From an uncultured Flavobacteriaceae bacterium (GTDB taxonomy: Bacteria; Bacteroidota; Bacteroidia; Flavobacteriales; Flavobacteriaceae), in NCBI GenBank assembly GCA_964586655.1, contig CAZPGY010000009.1, positions 10,432 through 74,431 on the forward strand: a stretch of DNA of 64,000 bases, given 5' to 3'. The position numbers and the translations under genes are program-made. Under the pieces are notes generated by a model. It saw only the letters and a list, made by a program, of their open reading frames with translations, was not told the DNA's origin and made no database searches. How positions within the stretch are numbered: position 1 is the first letter of the stretch; every line of letters starts with the position of its first letter. Positions 55,572 through 64,000 of the stretch are shown here, in pieces.

Positions 55572-56025
55572 TGATGATTTGCTTTGGTTCGGGAATTACA
55601 ATTTGTTCTATCCAGTGTGCAACACCGGGAAGGTTTTCGGCATTTAATTGATAAAAATTAACTTTATAGCCACAAGCCCGACTGACATAAACCTTTTCTC
55701 TGGTGTACTGAAAATTAAGTGTATCTACAAAGACAGTGGAGCTGTCGATTTGAAGAATAAATGCATATTGTGTAAAATCTCGATCTGTTCGCAAGGGAAG
55801 GAGAGCCGTGGTGTCATTTACCGAATTTTTAAAATATAGGCTGTCTTTTTCTAAGGCCTTCACATTAAATCCACTAATAGATTTGGGAATTTCCGGATTA
55901 GCGGCATCAAAAAACTTGAGGTGCATTTTTGGGGTGCTCGGCAATTCCTGTATGCAAATATCATTGCGTTGACAGCTCATCAGCAAGAGCAATACCGTAC
56001 TAAAAAAAAACAATCTTCTCATCAT
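55537..56025 (-). CDS. Small lipoprotein (DUF6452-type)
   Basis: The ATG at 56025 overlaps the rlmD stop (ATGA). Lipobox LLLLMSCQ. It overlaps the downstream OMP gene by 35 nt. Confidence 0.45.
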   Translation of the reverse strand: MMRRLFFFSTVLLLLMSCQRNDICIQELPSTPKMHLKFFDAANPEIPKSISGFNVKALEKDSLYFKNSVNDTTALLPLRTDRDFTQYAFILQIDSSTVFVDTLNFQYTREKVYVSRACGYKVNFYQLNAENLPGVAHWIEQIVIPEPKQIINEKQPHVYIYF

Positions 56026-57434
56026 AAGCGCTTTTCTAAACAAACTACATTTTCAATATGATGGGTCTGGGGAAACATATCTACAGCTTGTACTTGGGTC
56101 ACTTTATAAGCTGTGTCGAGCAAGGCTAAATCTCGCGCCTGCGTAGCCGAATTGCAGCTGACATAAACAATTCTACGCGGCTTGATAGACAAGAGTTGTG
56201 CCACCACATCTTTGTGCATTCCAACCCTTGGCGGATCGGTAATGACGATGTCGGGTGCTCCGTTTTCGGCTATAAACTCATCCGTAAATATTTTGCGCAT
56301 GTCACCGGCAAAAAAAGAGGCATTGCTGATGCCGTTTTCCGCTGCGTTTTCCTTTGCGGCTTCAATCGCTTCGGGAACAGCTTCAATACCTACCACCCGT
56401 TTGGCTTGTCGGGCCACAAATTGTGCAATACTTCCAATGCCGGTATACAAATCATATACCACATCCTCTTTGGATATTTCGGCAAAACTACGAGCTATTT
56501 TATACAATTCATAAGCTTGAAAAGAATTGGTTTGATAGAAAGATTTGGCACCAATTTTAAATTTCAATCCCTCCATTTCTTCTACAATATAATTTTTCCC
56601 TTTATAACAGTGTACTTCTTGGTCATAAATGGTGTCGTTTCCTTTTGAGTTGATTACATATTGTAAAGCCGTTATTTCGGGAAAGCTTGTGGCCACAAAA
56701 TCCAGCAGCTGTTCTCGTTTTTCTCGGTCTTCCTTAAAAAATTGAACCACTACCATCAAATCTCCCGTTGAAGAAGTGCGGATCATTAAGGTGCGCAACA
56801 ATCCCTTCTTTTCACGCGGATTAAAAAATGAAAGCCCGTTTGCTGTGGCAAATTCTTTAATCCCATTGCGAATGGCATTACTGGGGTCGCGCTGCAGATG
56901 ACATTTTTCAATATCGAGAATTTTATCCCACATTCCCGGAACGTGAAACCCGAGTGCATTTCGATTTTCAAAAGTTTTACCACTGTCAATTTCTTCCGGA
57001 GTAAGCCAACGACTGTCACTAAAAGAAAATTCCATTTTATTGCGGTAAAAATAAATCTCTTTACATCCCAAAATAGGGGTGATCTCCGGCAGTTCTATAT
57101 TTCCAATACGGCGCAAGTTGTTTTCCACTTCTTGTTGCTTATAAAATAGCTGATGCTCATATTGCATATCTTGCCATTTGCACCCTCCGCAAACGCCAAA
57201 GTGTTGACAAACCGGCGTCGTGCGTTTATCGGAATAGTGTTCAAAACGCACGGCCTTGGCTTGGTAGTAAGATTTTCGTTTTTTATAGGTTTGCACGTCG
57301 GCTACATCTCCGGGAACCGCGTTATCAATAAAGACCACCCGGCCATCAGGAGCTTGAGCGATGGCTTTTCCTTTGGCACCGGCACCGGTGACTTTTAAAT
57401 TCTCAAAAAGTTTTCGTCTATTTCTTCTGGACAT
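56022..57434 (-). CDS. rlmD: 23S rRNA (uracil-C5)-methyltransferase RlmD/RumA family
   Basis: TRAM N-terminus, Fe-S cysteines CQHFGVCGGCKWQ, SAM motif DLYTGIGS, and the catalytic region YVSCN. Confidence 0.85.
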   Translation of the reverse strand: MSRRNRRKLFENLKVTGAGAKGKAIAQAPDGRVVFIDNAVPGDVADVQTYKKRKSYYQAKAVRFEHYSDKRTTPVCQHFGVCGGCKWQDMQYEHQLFYKQQEVENNLRRIGNIELPEITPILGCKEIYFYRNKMEFSFSDSRWLTPEEIDSGKTFENRNALGFHVPGMWDKILDIEKCHLQRDPSNAIRNGIKEFATANGLSFFNPREKKGLLRTLMIRTSSTGDLMVVVQFFKEDREKREQLLDFVATSFPEITALQYVINSKGNDTIYDQEVHCYKGKNYIVEEMEGLKFKIGAKSFYQTNSFQAYELYKIARSFAEISKEDVVYDLYTGIGSIAQFVARQAKRVVGIEAVPEAIEAAKENAAENGISNASFFAGDMRKIFTDEFIAENGAPDIVITDPPRVGMHKDVVAQLLSIKPRRIVYVSCNSATQARDLALLDTAYKVTQVQAVDMFPQTHHIENVVCLEKRL

Positions 57435-57623
57435 AGGGACAAAAATAAGATTTTTTACCCGATAAGATTACTAAAACCTGCGGAGCCTTGTTTAACTTTT
57501 AGGCAAACGAGCTTAAAATGTTGATTATAATGCAAATAGCCTCCATTTCATGCAATGCCAAAAACCTTCACAAATGAAGCTGATTTTTAACCGTAAATCT
57601 CAATTTTTTTTTATTTCAACGGA

Positions 57624-57726
57624 CTCAATATTTGTCATAGTGCCGGCTATTCCTATGCCTGCGCTTGCCGCCGAAGTGTTTTTTTGCCTTGGGCTTTATA
57701 ATTTACAGATCCAATTTTTTGGACCG
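57624..57726 (+). repeat. R1 family copy E (internally deleted)
   Basis: caatatttg|tcatagtgccggctattcctatgcctgcgcttgccgccgaagtgtttttttgccttgggctttataattta aligns with copy B. Confidence 0.55.
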
Positions 57727-57872
57727 ATTTATAAATACCTTTCAGCCATAGCATACGAAACGAATGGAGCCAAACTGCAAATTAAGCGTTAATCCGGTTT
57801 TTCGCCGCTCAAAATATGTGTAAATTGCGGTTTTCATTAAAATTGAATTATTAACCCTAAAACAAATAATAT

Positions 57873-59126
57873 ATGTCAGTAACTGAAATTACCTCTTCAA
57901 AACAAGCCATGGAGCTGGAAGATAAATATGGAGCTCATAATTATCATCCCTTGCCCGTTGTTTTGAACAAAGGACGCGGAGTTTATATGTGGGATGTCGA
58001 AGGCAAGAAATATTATGATTTTTTGTCGGCTTATTCTGCGATTAATCAGGGACATTGTCATCCCAAAATTTTGGAAGCGCTTTATCGACAAGCAGAAAAA
58101 TTGAGTTTGACTTCTCGTGCATTTTACAACGATGTTTTGGGGAAATATGAAGAATATGCCACCCAATATTTTGGATACGACAAATTATTACCCATGAATG
58201 CGGGCGCTGAAGCGGTAGAAACTGCCATTAAAATCTGTCGAAAATGGGCTTATGAGGTAAAAGAAATTCCTGAAGAAGAAGCACAAATTGTCGTCGTTAA
58301 GAACAACTTCCACGGCCGTACGACGACGGTGATTTCATTTAGTACTTCAGAAGAAGCCAAGAAACATTTTGGTCCATACACGCCGGGATTCATCGAGATT
58401 CCCTATAACGATGTAGAGGCCTTGAAAAAAGTATTGGAAGCGAATGAAAATGTCGCCGGATTTTTAGTAGAACCCATTCAAGGGGAAGCCGGAGTAGATG
58501 TGCCTGACGAAGGATATTTGAAAAAGACCAAAGCCTTGTGTGAAGCGCACAATGTATTATTTATTGCTGACGAAATTCAAACCGGAATTGCACGAACCGG
58601 AAAATTGTTGGCCTGTGATCACGAAGGGGTCAAGCCCGATATGGTTACTTTAGGGAAAGCCCTGTCTGGCGGATTTTATCCCGTTTCTGCCGTAATGGCC
58701 AGTGATGAAATCATGGGCGTCATCAAACCCGGAGAACACGGTTCTACTTTTGGCGGAAACCCGGTAGCCTGCGCTGTGGGTATTGCTTCTTTGCAAGTAA
58801 TTGAAGAAGAAAACTTGGCTGAGAATGCCGAAAAACTCGGAAAATTGTTCCGGGAGGAAATGAATGAATACATCAAGGACTCCAAAGCCGTAAAAAAGGT
58901 AAGGGGTAAAGGTTTGCTCAATGCCATCCTAATCAATGATACCGAAGACAGCAGCACAGCTTGGGATATTTGTGTGGCCTTAAAAGACAATGGATTATTG
59001 GCTAAGCCTACTCATGGTAATATCATTCGTTTTGCTCCTCCTTTGGTAATGACTACGGAAGAGATGAAAGACTGTATTGCTATCATCAAAAAGACCTTGG
59101 CTACTTTTGAAGACAAAATTGCCTAA
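57873..59126 (+). CDS. rocD: Ornithine--oxo-acid aminotransferase
   Basis: Class III aminotransferase with [21 protein letters not shown] and [11 protein letters not shown] motifs, 417 aa. Confidence 0.85.
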   Translation: MSVTEITSSKQAMELEDKYGAHNYHPLPVVLNKGRGVYMWDVEGKKYYDFLSAYSAINQGHCHPKILEALYRQAEKLSLTSRAFYNDVLGKYEEYATQYFGYDKLLPMNAGAEAVETAIKICRKWAYEVKEIPEEEAQIVVVKNNFHGRTTTVISFSTSEEAKKHFGPYTPGFIEIPYNDVEALKKVLEANENVAGFLVEPIQGEAGVDVPDEGYLKKTKALCEAHNVLFIADEIQTGIARTGKLLACDHEGVKPDMVTLGKALSGGFYPVSAVMASDEIMGVIKPGEHGSTFGGNPVACAVGIASLQVIEEENLAENAEKLGKLFREEMNEYIKDSKAVKKVRGKGLLNAILINDTEDSSTAWDICVALKDNGLLAKPTHGNIIRFAPPLVMTTEEMKDCIAIIKKTLATFEDKIA

Positions 59127-59150
59127 AAGTGTGTCAGGTTTATACTAATC

Positions 59151-59194
59151 AAAAGGCGGTTTGGAAATAATACCAAACCGCCTTTTGCTTTTTT
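59151..59194. terminator. Bidirectional rho-independent terminator between convergent genes
   Basis: AAAAGGCGGTTTGG-aaataata-CCAAACCGCCTTTT followed by gctttttt. A 14-bp perfect stem is flanked by A and T runs. Confidence 0.7.
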
Positions 59195-59216
59195 AGCTAA
59201 AATTTAAAGGGGTTGT

Positions 59217-59597
59217 TTATTGTTGAGCCGCTTGGGCTTTTTCTACGGCCTCACGAATTTGATCCATATAAGCATCCCATCCGCCAACGGCAATGATGTT
59301 TATAATGCTCCAAATAAAGACAATAGCCCCAAGGATAAGGCCAATAATGGCAATAATACGAGCAGTTTTTACCTGGCTGTAATTGGAGTAGCCTTCCGGA
59401 TTTTCAGCATAGCGTTTCTTATCTCTATTGGCCAAAAACAGGGCAATACCGGATAAGATAACACCACCGAATCCTCCGAAACAGCAGCAAATAAAAGAAA
59501 TAATTCCCAAAACCATGGAAATGGTGGCGTTGGGCAATTTTTCCTGCATGCCGCCATTTTGGATTTCTGCATCAAATGTTTGGTCTTGTTGTTCCAT
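59217..59597 (-). CDS. CCC-motif membrane protein
   Basis: KLPNATISMVLGIISFICCCFGGFGG with two TM helices, 126 aa. Confidence 0.6.
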   Translation of the reverse strand: MEQQDQTFDAEIQNGGMQEKLPNATISMVLGIISFICCCFGGFGGVILSGIALFLANRDKKRYAENPEGYSNYSQVKTARIIAIIGLILGAIVFIWSIINIIAVGGWDAYMDQIREAVEKAQAAQQ

Positions 59598-59634
59598 AAT
59601 AGATTAGTTTTAAATATAAATGATTGAATAAGTT

Positions 59635-59925
59635 TTAAATCAGGTTAAAATGATGATTGAGTTCAAGGCCATAATTAATGAGCATCGTTGTTGCAGAAAT
59701 AATGCCAAATAAGGTCATTAATTTGCTGTATTGTTTAAATGGAAAAAACAAATTAACAACGACTAAACCGCCTAAAATCAGCAAGGGATAAATGGCCGGA
59801 TACATCAAAAAAGCATCGATAAAATTACCATTGAGCAAATCCAATACTGCGCGCTGTCCGCCACAACCGGGACAAGGAATACCGGTTAGGCTCTTAAACA
59901 AACAAGGCAGCATATACTCTTCCAT
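59635..59925 (-). CDS. DUF2752-family membrane protein
   Basis: N-terminal CPGCGGQRA motif followed by TM helices. Confidence 0.6.
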   Translation of the reverse strand: MEEYMLPCLFKSLTGIPCPGCGGQRAVLDLLNGNFIDAFLMYPAIYPLLILGGLVVVNLFFPFKQYSKLMTLFGIISATTMLINYGLELNHHFNLI

Positions 59926-60276
59926 GGCTACAAATTTAAATAATGACCTACTTTAGTAATAGCCCAAATATATGTTTTTTTTCGAATAAGTATAAAAAAT
60001 AAGAGTTACAAGTTGCATTTTTTGGGGTTAGGGAGAAAGGCTTTAGCTGATATAATTTCTCCTCTCCTTGGTTTCTATACATTTTTCTTTGCCCGTGACA
60101 ACAACTTTTATAAATAAACTCAGCCTAAAAGCACAAATATCGGCATCGATAGCGTCCATTCACTGATAAAGTTTATATTTTTGTTGCCCTTCGCTCCTTC
60201 AAAAGCTTGCAGAATGATTTCTTATCAAAGCTTTATTAATCAAAAAAAATAGGAGGGAGGCACTTATTTATTTTTC

Positions 60277-61266
60277 ATGCAAAAACGCACGCTTATCACC
60301 GGAGCCGCCGGATTCCTCGGTTCACATCTTTGCGACAGGTTTGTCGAGGAAGGACATTATGTCATTGGGGTAGACAATCTCATTACAGGAGATTTGAAAA
60401 ACATCGAGCACCTGTTTAAAAATAAAAATTTTGAGTTTTATCATCACGATGTATCCAGTTTTATCACGGTGCCCGGTCGTTTAGATAATATTTTACATTT
60501 TGCTTCTCCTTCCAGTCCCATTGATTACCTTAAAATTCCTATTCAAACCCTTAAAGTCGGATCGCTAGGGACTCACAATCTCCTGGGACTCGCCAAAGCA
60601 AAAAACGCACGCATATTAATTGCCAGCACCTCTGAAGTTTATGGCGATCCCTTAGTGCATCCGCAAACTGAGGACTATTATGGCAACGTCAATACCATTG
60701 GTCCGCGTGGAGTTTATGACGAAGCAAAGCGCTTTCAAGAATCCATGACCATGGCCTATCATCGTTTCCATCAACTCGATACTCGGATTGTGCGGATTTT
60801 TAATACGTATGGTCCTAAAATGCGACTCAATGACGGACGGGTTATTCCGGCATTTTTGGGGCAATCATTACGCAATGAGCCCTTAACCGTGTTTGGCGAT
60901 GGCAGTCAAACCCGTTCTTTTTGTTATGTAGATGATCAAATTGAAGGAATTTACCGCTTGTTACACAGCAATTATCACTTGCCGGTTAATATTGGAAACC
61001 CCAATGAAATCAGTATTTTAAAATTTGCAAAAGAGATCAATGAATTGACCGGGAAGCAACAGGAAATTGTGTTTAAACCGCTTCCGCAAAACGATCCCAA
61101 GCAACGTCGTCCGGATATTTCAAAAGCCAAAGAAATTTTGGATTGGGAACCCCGAACCAAACGATCAGAAGGATTGCAGAAAACCTATCAATATTTTAAA
61201 AGCCTGTCTCCGGAAGAATTGCAACGACATCGACACAAAGACTTTAGTGAGCACAACAAGAAATAA
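60277..61266 (+). CDS. UDP-glucuronate decarboxylase (UDP-xylose synthase), SDR family
   Basis: [26 protein letters not shown] and YDEAKR, 329 aa, collinear with UXS enzymes. Confidence 0.8.
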   Translation: MQKRTLITGAAGFLGSHLCDRFVEEGHYVIGVDNLITGDLKNIEHLFKNKNFEFYHHDVSSFITVPGRLDNILHFASPSSPIDYLKIPIQTLKVGSLGTHNLLGLAKAKNARILIASTSEVYGDPLVHPQTEDYYGNVNTIGPRGVYDEAKRFQESMTMAYHRFHQLDTRIVRIFNTYGPKMRLNDGRVIPAFLGQSLRNEPLTVFGDGSQTRSFCYVDDQIEGIYRLLHSNYHLPVNIGNPNEISILKFAKEINELTGKQQEIVFKPLPQNDPKQRRPDISKAKEILDWEPRTKRSEGLQKTYQYFKSLSPEELQRHRHKDFSEHNKK

Positions 61267-61331
61267 AGCGGTTTTTTAAACAGGGAGACTACCCAAATTT
61301 CAAAACCTACAGGCGCGTTTAGCGTTTGGCA

Positions 61332-61733
61332 TTAATCTTCAAACACTTCTATACTTACTTCTTTCTCAACCAAGTCGGTAAATTTCCCTTTATAACGAGT
61401 GGCCCTCACCAAGTGGTTATCAATCCAATGATAATTGCCGCCACGAGGCTTTCCAAAGAGTATTTCGTGGTATTTGAATCCATTTTTATCAAGCCATTTT
61501 TCGGTAATTTCTCTCAGGTCTTCGGTGCGAGAGGTGAAGAAACAAATGCGGTGCCCCTGATCATACCAACGATTGATGGTTTGCAGCGCATCGGGAAAAG
61601 GGGCGCAAGTCTTCATGCGTTCGGGTTCTTCATTGGGAACATCATCGGTAATGGTACCGTCAATATCGATGAGATAATTTTTAACATCATCTTTTAAAAC
61701 AGGACTGCGGTGATCTAATGATTTTAGTTTCAT
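61332..61733 (-). CDS. Small HAD-superfamily phosphatase-like protein
   Basis: DxDGT motif LIDIDGTITDD, TSR, and a GKP..G segment, 133 aa. Confidence 0.5.
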   Translation of the reverse strand: MKLKSLDHRSPVLKDDVKNYLIDIDGTITDDVPNEEPERMKTCAPFPDALQTINRWYDQGHRICFFTSRTEDLREITEKWLDKNGFKYHEILFGKPRGGNYHWIDNHLVRATRYKGKFTDLVEKEVSIEVFED

Positions 61734-61804
61734 GGTCAGTTTTTATGGAATAGGGGTTAAAAATATAAAAAAATCATCTTTAAATTTATGATTTCAATAT
61801 TTAT

Positions 61805-61940
61805 GTTTGATACCGTATGCTAAGATTAGCCGCGGGTTGCTAACATAAAAAGGACAACCTTGAGACGCAACGTCCGGCTTCGCTGCCCTATTTAGCTGTA
61901 ACACACGATACGACAAGTTAGGGGAATCAATTTTCAGTTT
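61805..61940 (-). repeat. R2 family copy 2 (inverted), abutting R1 copy F
   Basis: The reverse complement reads ctgaaaattgattcccctaacttgtcgtatcgtgtgttacagctaaatagggcagcgaagcc...catacggtatcaaac, which matches 11685-11895. Confidence 0.7.
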
Positions 61941-62080
61941 ATAAAATTTTCACTCCCGTATAAATCTCAAATCCCTGCGTTAAGAATACTTGCCATAGCT
62001 ATGTCAGCGTTTTTGTCTTAAACTTTGAAAAATTAAGCACTGAATCCTTAGTCCATTTTATAAATGTATTTGGTATTATT
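61940..62080 (+). repeat. R1 family copy F
   Basis: aaatctcaaatccctgcgttaag..gccatagctatg..tttttgtcttaaactttgaaaaatt...aaatgtatttggtattatt aligns with copies A and B. Confidence 0.6.
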
Positions 62081-62144
62081 ATCGGCTTTTACGGGTTTCG
62101 GCTTTTTAAATAAGCAAAAACCGCCTCTTTCGTTTAATTTTTAA

Positions 62145-62152
62145 TAAATTTG
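62145..62152 (+). promoter_or_regulatory. Candidate -7 promoter box (TAAATTTG)
   Basis: TAnnTTTG match 24 nt upstream of the ATG at 62176. Confidence 0.3.
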
Positions 62153-62175
62153 CAGCAGTTTAAAAACAAGTTATT

Positions 62176-63426
62176 ATGAAGGATTTATTCCATAAGATGT
62201 ATAATAATAAGGGCCCTTTAGGAAATTGGGCCGGTCAAGCTGAAGGTTATTTTATGTTCCCAAAATTAGAGGGACCTATTTCTAACCGCATGAAATTTCA
62301 AGGCAAAGAAGTAGTTACCTGGAGTATCAATGACTATTTGGGTTTGGCCAACAATCCGGAAGTACGAAAAGTAGATGCCGAAGCCGGAGCAAAATATGGA
62401 TCAGCCTATCCGATGGGAGCGCGTTTGATGAGTGGTCACACTGATTTGCATGAAAAATTACAAAATGAACTGGCTGAATTTGTCAATAAAGAAGCCGCTT
62501 ATGTATTAAATTTCGGTTATCAGGGAATGTTGTCTACCATTGATGCCTTGACCGGAAAGGATGATGTGATTGTCTATGATGTCGATGCGCACGCTTGCAT
62601 TATTGACGGAGTGCGCTTACACATGGGGCAGCGCTTTACTTATAAGCACAACGACATTGAAAGCATGGAGAAAAACTTGCAACGCGCCACTAAAATAGCT
62701 GAAAAAACCGGTGGAGGTATTTTATTTATTTCTGAAGGAGTTTTTGGAATGCGCGGCGAGCAAGGACGATTGAAAGAAATTGCCGAACTGAAGAAAAAAT
62801 ACAACTTCCGTTTATTTGTCGATGATGCGCACGGGTTTGGTACCTTGGGTAAAACCGGTGCCGGAACGGGAGAAGAGCAAGGGGTACAAGATGCTATTGA
62901 TGTATATTTTGCCACTTTTGCCAAATCGATGGCCAGCAGTGGAGCCTTTATTGCCGCTGATCAGGAAATTATCGATTACTTAAAATACAACATCCGTTCG
63001 CAGATGTTTGCAAAATCACTGCAAATGCAGCTGGTAGAAGGTGCTTTAAAACGTTTAGACATGCTACGCACCCAGCCCGAACGCAAAGAAAAACTGTGGA
63101 CCATTGTCAATGCCCTACAAGGCGGATTGCGAGAAAATGGTTTTGACCTGGGAACTACACAAAGCTGTGTCACACCGGTTTACCTCAAAGGCAGTATTCC
63201 TGAAGCCATGGTATTGGTAAGAGATTTACGAGAAAATCACGGAATTTTCTGTTCCATTGTCGTGTATCCGGTTATTCCTAAAAACATGATCTTGCTTCGC
63301 TTGATTCCAACGGCCAACCACAATCTTGAAGATGTGGAAAGAACGGTTAAAGCTTTTTCAGCTATTCGTGATCGCTTGGAAGATGGAACCTATAAGCGTA
63401 TGGGTGAAGCCGCCATGAAAAAGTAG
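62176..63426 (+). CDS. Alpha-oxoamine synthase family PLP enzyme (KBL/AONS/serine palmitoyltransferase-like)
   Basis: SINDYLGLANNPEV, DDAHGFG and PLP-Lys motif ATFAKSMAS, 416 aa. The substrate cannot be assigned from sequence alone. Confidence 0.75.
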   Translation: MKDLFHKMYNNKGPLGNWAGQAEGYFMFPKLEGPISNRMKFQGKEVVTWSINDYLGLANNPEVRKVDAEAGAKYGSAYPMGARLMSGHTDLHEKLQNELAEFVNKEAAYVLNFGYQGMLSTIDALTGKDDVIVYDVDAHACIIDGVRLHMGQRFTYKHNDIESMEKNLQRATKIAEKTGGGILFISEGVFGMRGEQGRLKEIAELKKKYNFRLFVDDAHGFGTLGKTGAGTGEEQGVQDAIDVYFATFAKSMASSGAFIAADQEIIDYLKYNIRSQMFAKSLQMQLVEGALKRLDMLRTQPERKEKLWTIVNALQGGLRENGFDLGTTQSCVTPVYLKGSIPEAMVLVRDLRENHGIFCSIVVYPVIPKNMILLRLIPTANHNLEDVERTVKAFSAIRDRLEDGTYKRMGEAAMKK

Positions 63427-63458
63427 TCCGAATATCAATTTAATTAAAGAACTACAGC

Positions 63459-63491
63459 AAAACCGGTAAGCCTTGTGCTTATCGGTTTTTT
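63459..63491 (+). terminator. Rho-independent terminator
   Basis: aaaACCGGTAAGC-cttgt-GCTTATCGGTttttttt, with one mismatch in the stem. Confidence 0.55.
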
Positions 63492-64000
63492 TATCTATTC
63501 GCAAAAATATAGTGCTGTGTGGCAGTAAAATAATCGCGAAAAATCCGATTTAAAGGATGACTCTTCCTACTGGCTTTGAGGCCTAAAATAGGATGAATTT
63601 CAATAATGGTCTGAGTGAGCTGTTGAACAGTTTTCACGCCCCAATCATGAATCTCATTCTGAAATTCTGTTGATAGCGCCGACTTATGCGCTATCTTTTG
63701 CATGGTTTTATAAGCAAATTCTTCTGTCTCCTTATCGGCTCTTTCAAGGATTGCCGATAACTGATTTAATCGAGAGTGAGGGACTTCCTTTTCAGAGGCG
63801 TTTAAATAATGTGTGGCCATTCCTATATAATTAACCAATAACGTTAAATCGGCAAATACGGGAAATGGAATTTTAAAAATGGGGTGTGACAAATGATAGT
63901 GATTATAGCGAAAAGTATGAGCCGGTTCAACTTGATAAGCATCTACTGAAAAGGAGTAGGTGGCGGTGGCCAATAGCCCCATGGTATTCCAATTGGGAAT
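63491..64000 (-). CDS. C-terminal part of an acyl-CoA dehydrogenase-fold protein (partial, continues beyond the window)
   Basis: The frame is open to the window edge. The helical C-terminal domain ends HPLNRIFRDYFTATQHYIFANR, resembling the R-x-x-RD...H tail of acyl-CoA dehydrogenase type 2 proteins. Confidence 0.4.
   Translation of the reverse strand: MPNWNTMGLLATATYSFSVDAYQVEPAHTFRYNHYHLSHPIFKIPFPVFADLTLLVNYIGMATHYLNASEKEVPHSRLNQLSAILERADKETEEFAYKTMQKIAHKSALSTEFQNEIHDWGVKTVQQLTQTIIEIHPILGLKASRKSHPLNRIFRDYFTATQHYIFANR

Overview
This 64-kb window is a chromosomal segment of a Bacteroidota genome, most likely flavobacterium-like. Support: three ORFs end in type IX secretion (T9SS) C-terminal sorting domains, there are DUF4834, CCC-motif and DUF1572-type genes, and TAnnTTTG promoter boxes occur upstream of genes. 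All calls come from reading the sequence and the supplied translations; no database search was run. The ORF track writes TTG/GTG starts as M, so several starts were moved to the first plausible ATG.

Content, 5' to 3':
- A small accessory patch (1-1.9 kb) with the tail of a T9SS cargo gene, a VapBC-like toxin-antitoxin pair, a frameshifted and truncated cas1 relic, and a secreted protein built from 60-bp tandem repeats.
- A ~19-kb surface-glycan biosynthesis locus (3.6-22.8 kb). It combines a teichoic-acid-type module (YfhO, a TagF-like polyol-phosphate transferase, a fused Bcs1-like CDP-ribitol synthase) with three glycosyltransferases. It also carries two sulfotransferases plus a decayed third, an ATP-grasp ligase, an orphan ~700-aa enzyme with a PLP-fold-like motif, a DegT aminotransferase and a Wzx flippase.
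- Housekeeping genes: mpl, radC, tilS, a DsbD with a duplicated N-terminal domain, an acyl-CoA carboxyltransferase, a K+ channel and azurin.
- A tightly coupled putative sugar-salvage operon: MFS transporter, GH109-like oxidoreductase, nucleotidyltransferase, kinase and a GT2.
- fabI and a T9SS cargo protein.
- A partial phenylacetate-type cluster (paaZ fused to a DinB-like domain, an enoyl-CoA hydratase, paaY) interrupted by structured palindromic repeats and followed by IS200 and IS3 remnants.
- Further core genes: dcp-like, UPF0182, rlmD, rocD, UDP-xylose synthase and an alpha-oxoamine synthase.

The most notable non-genic signal is a dense family of MITE-like intergenic repeats, with at least 8 copies and TIR-like ...TACCAAT/ATTGGTA... 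ends. In four cases the repeat terminus coincides exactly with the stop codon of the adjacent gene. No rRNA, tRNA or CRISPR array was found.
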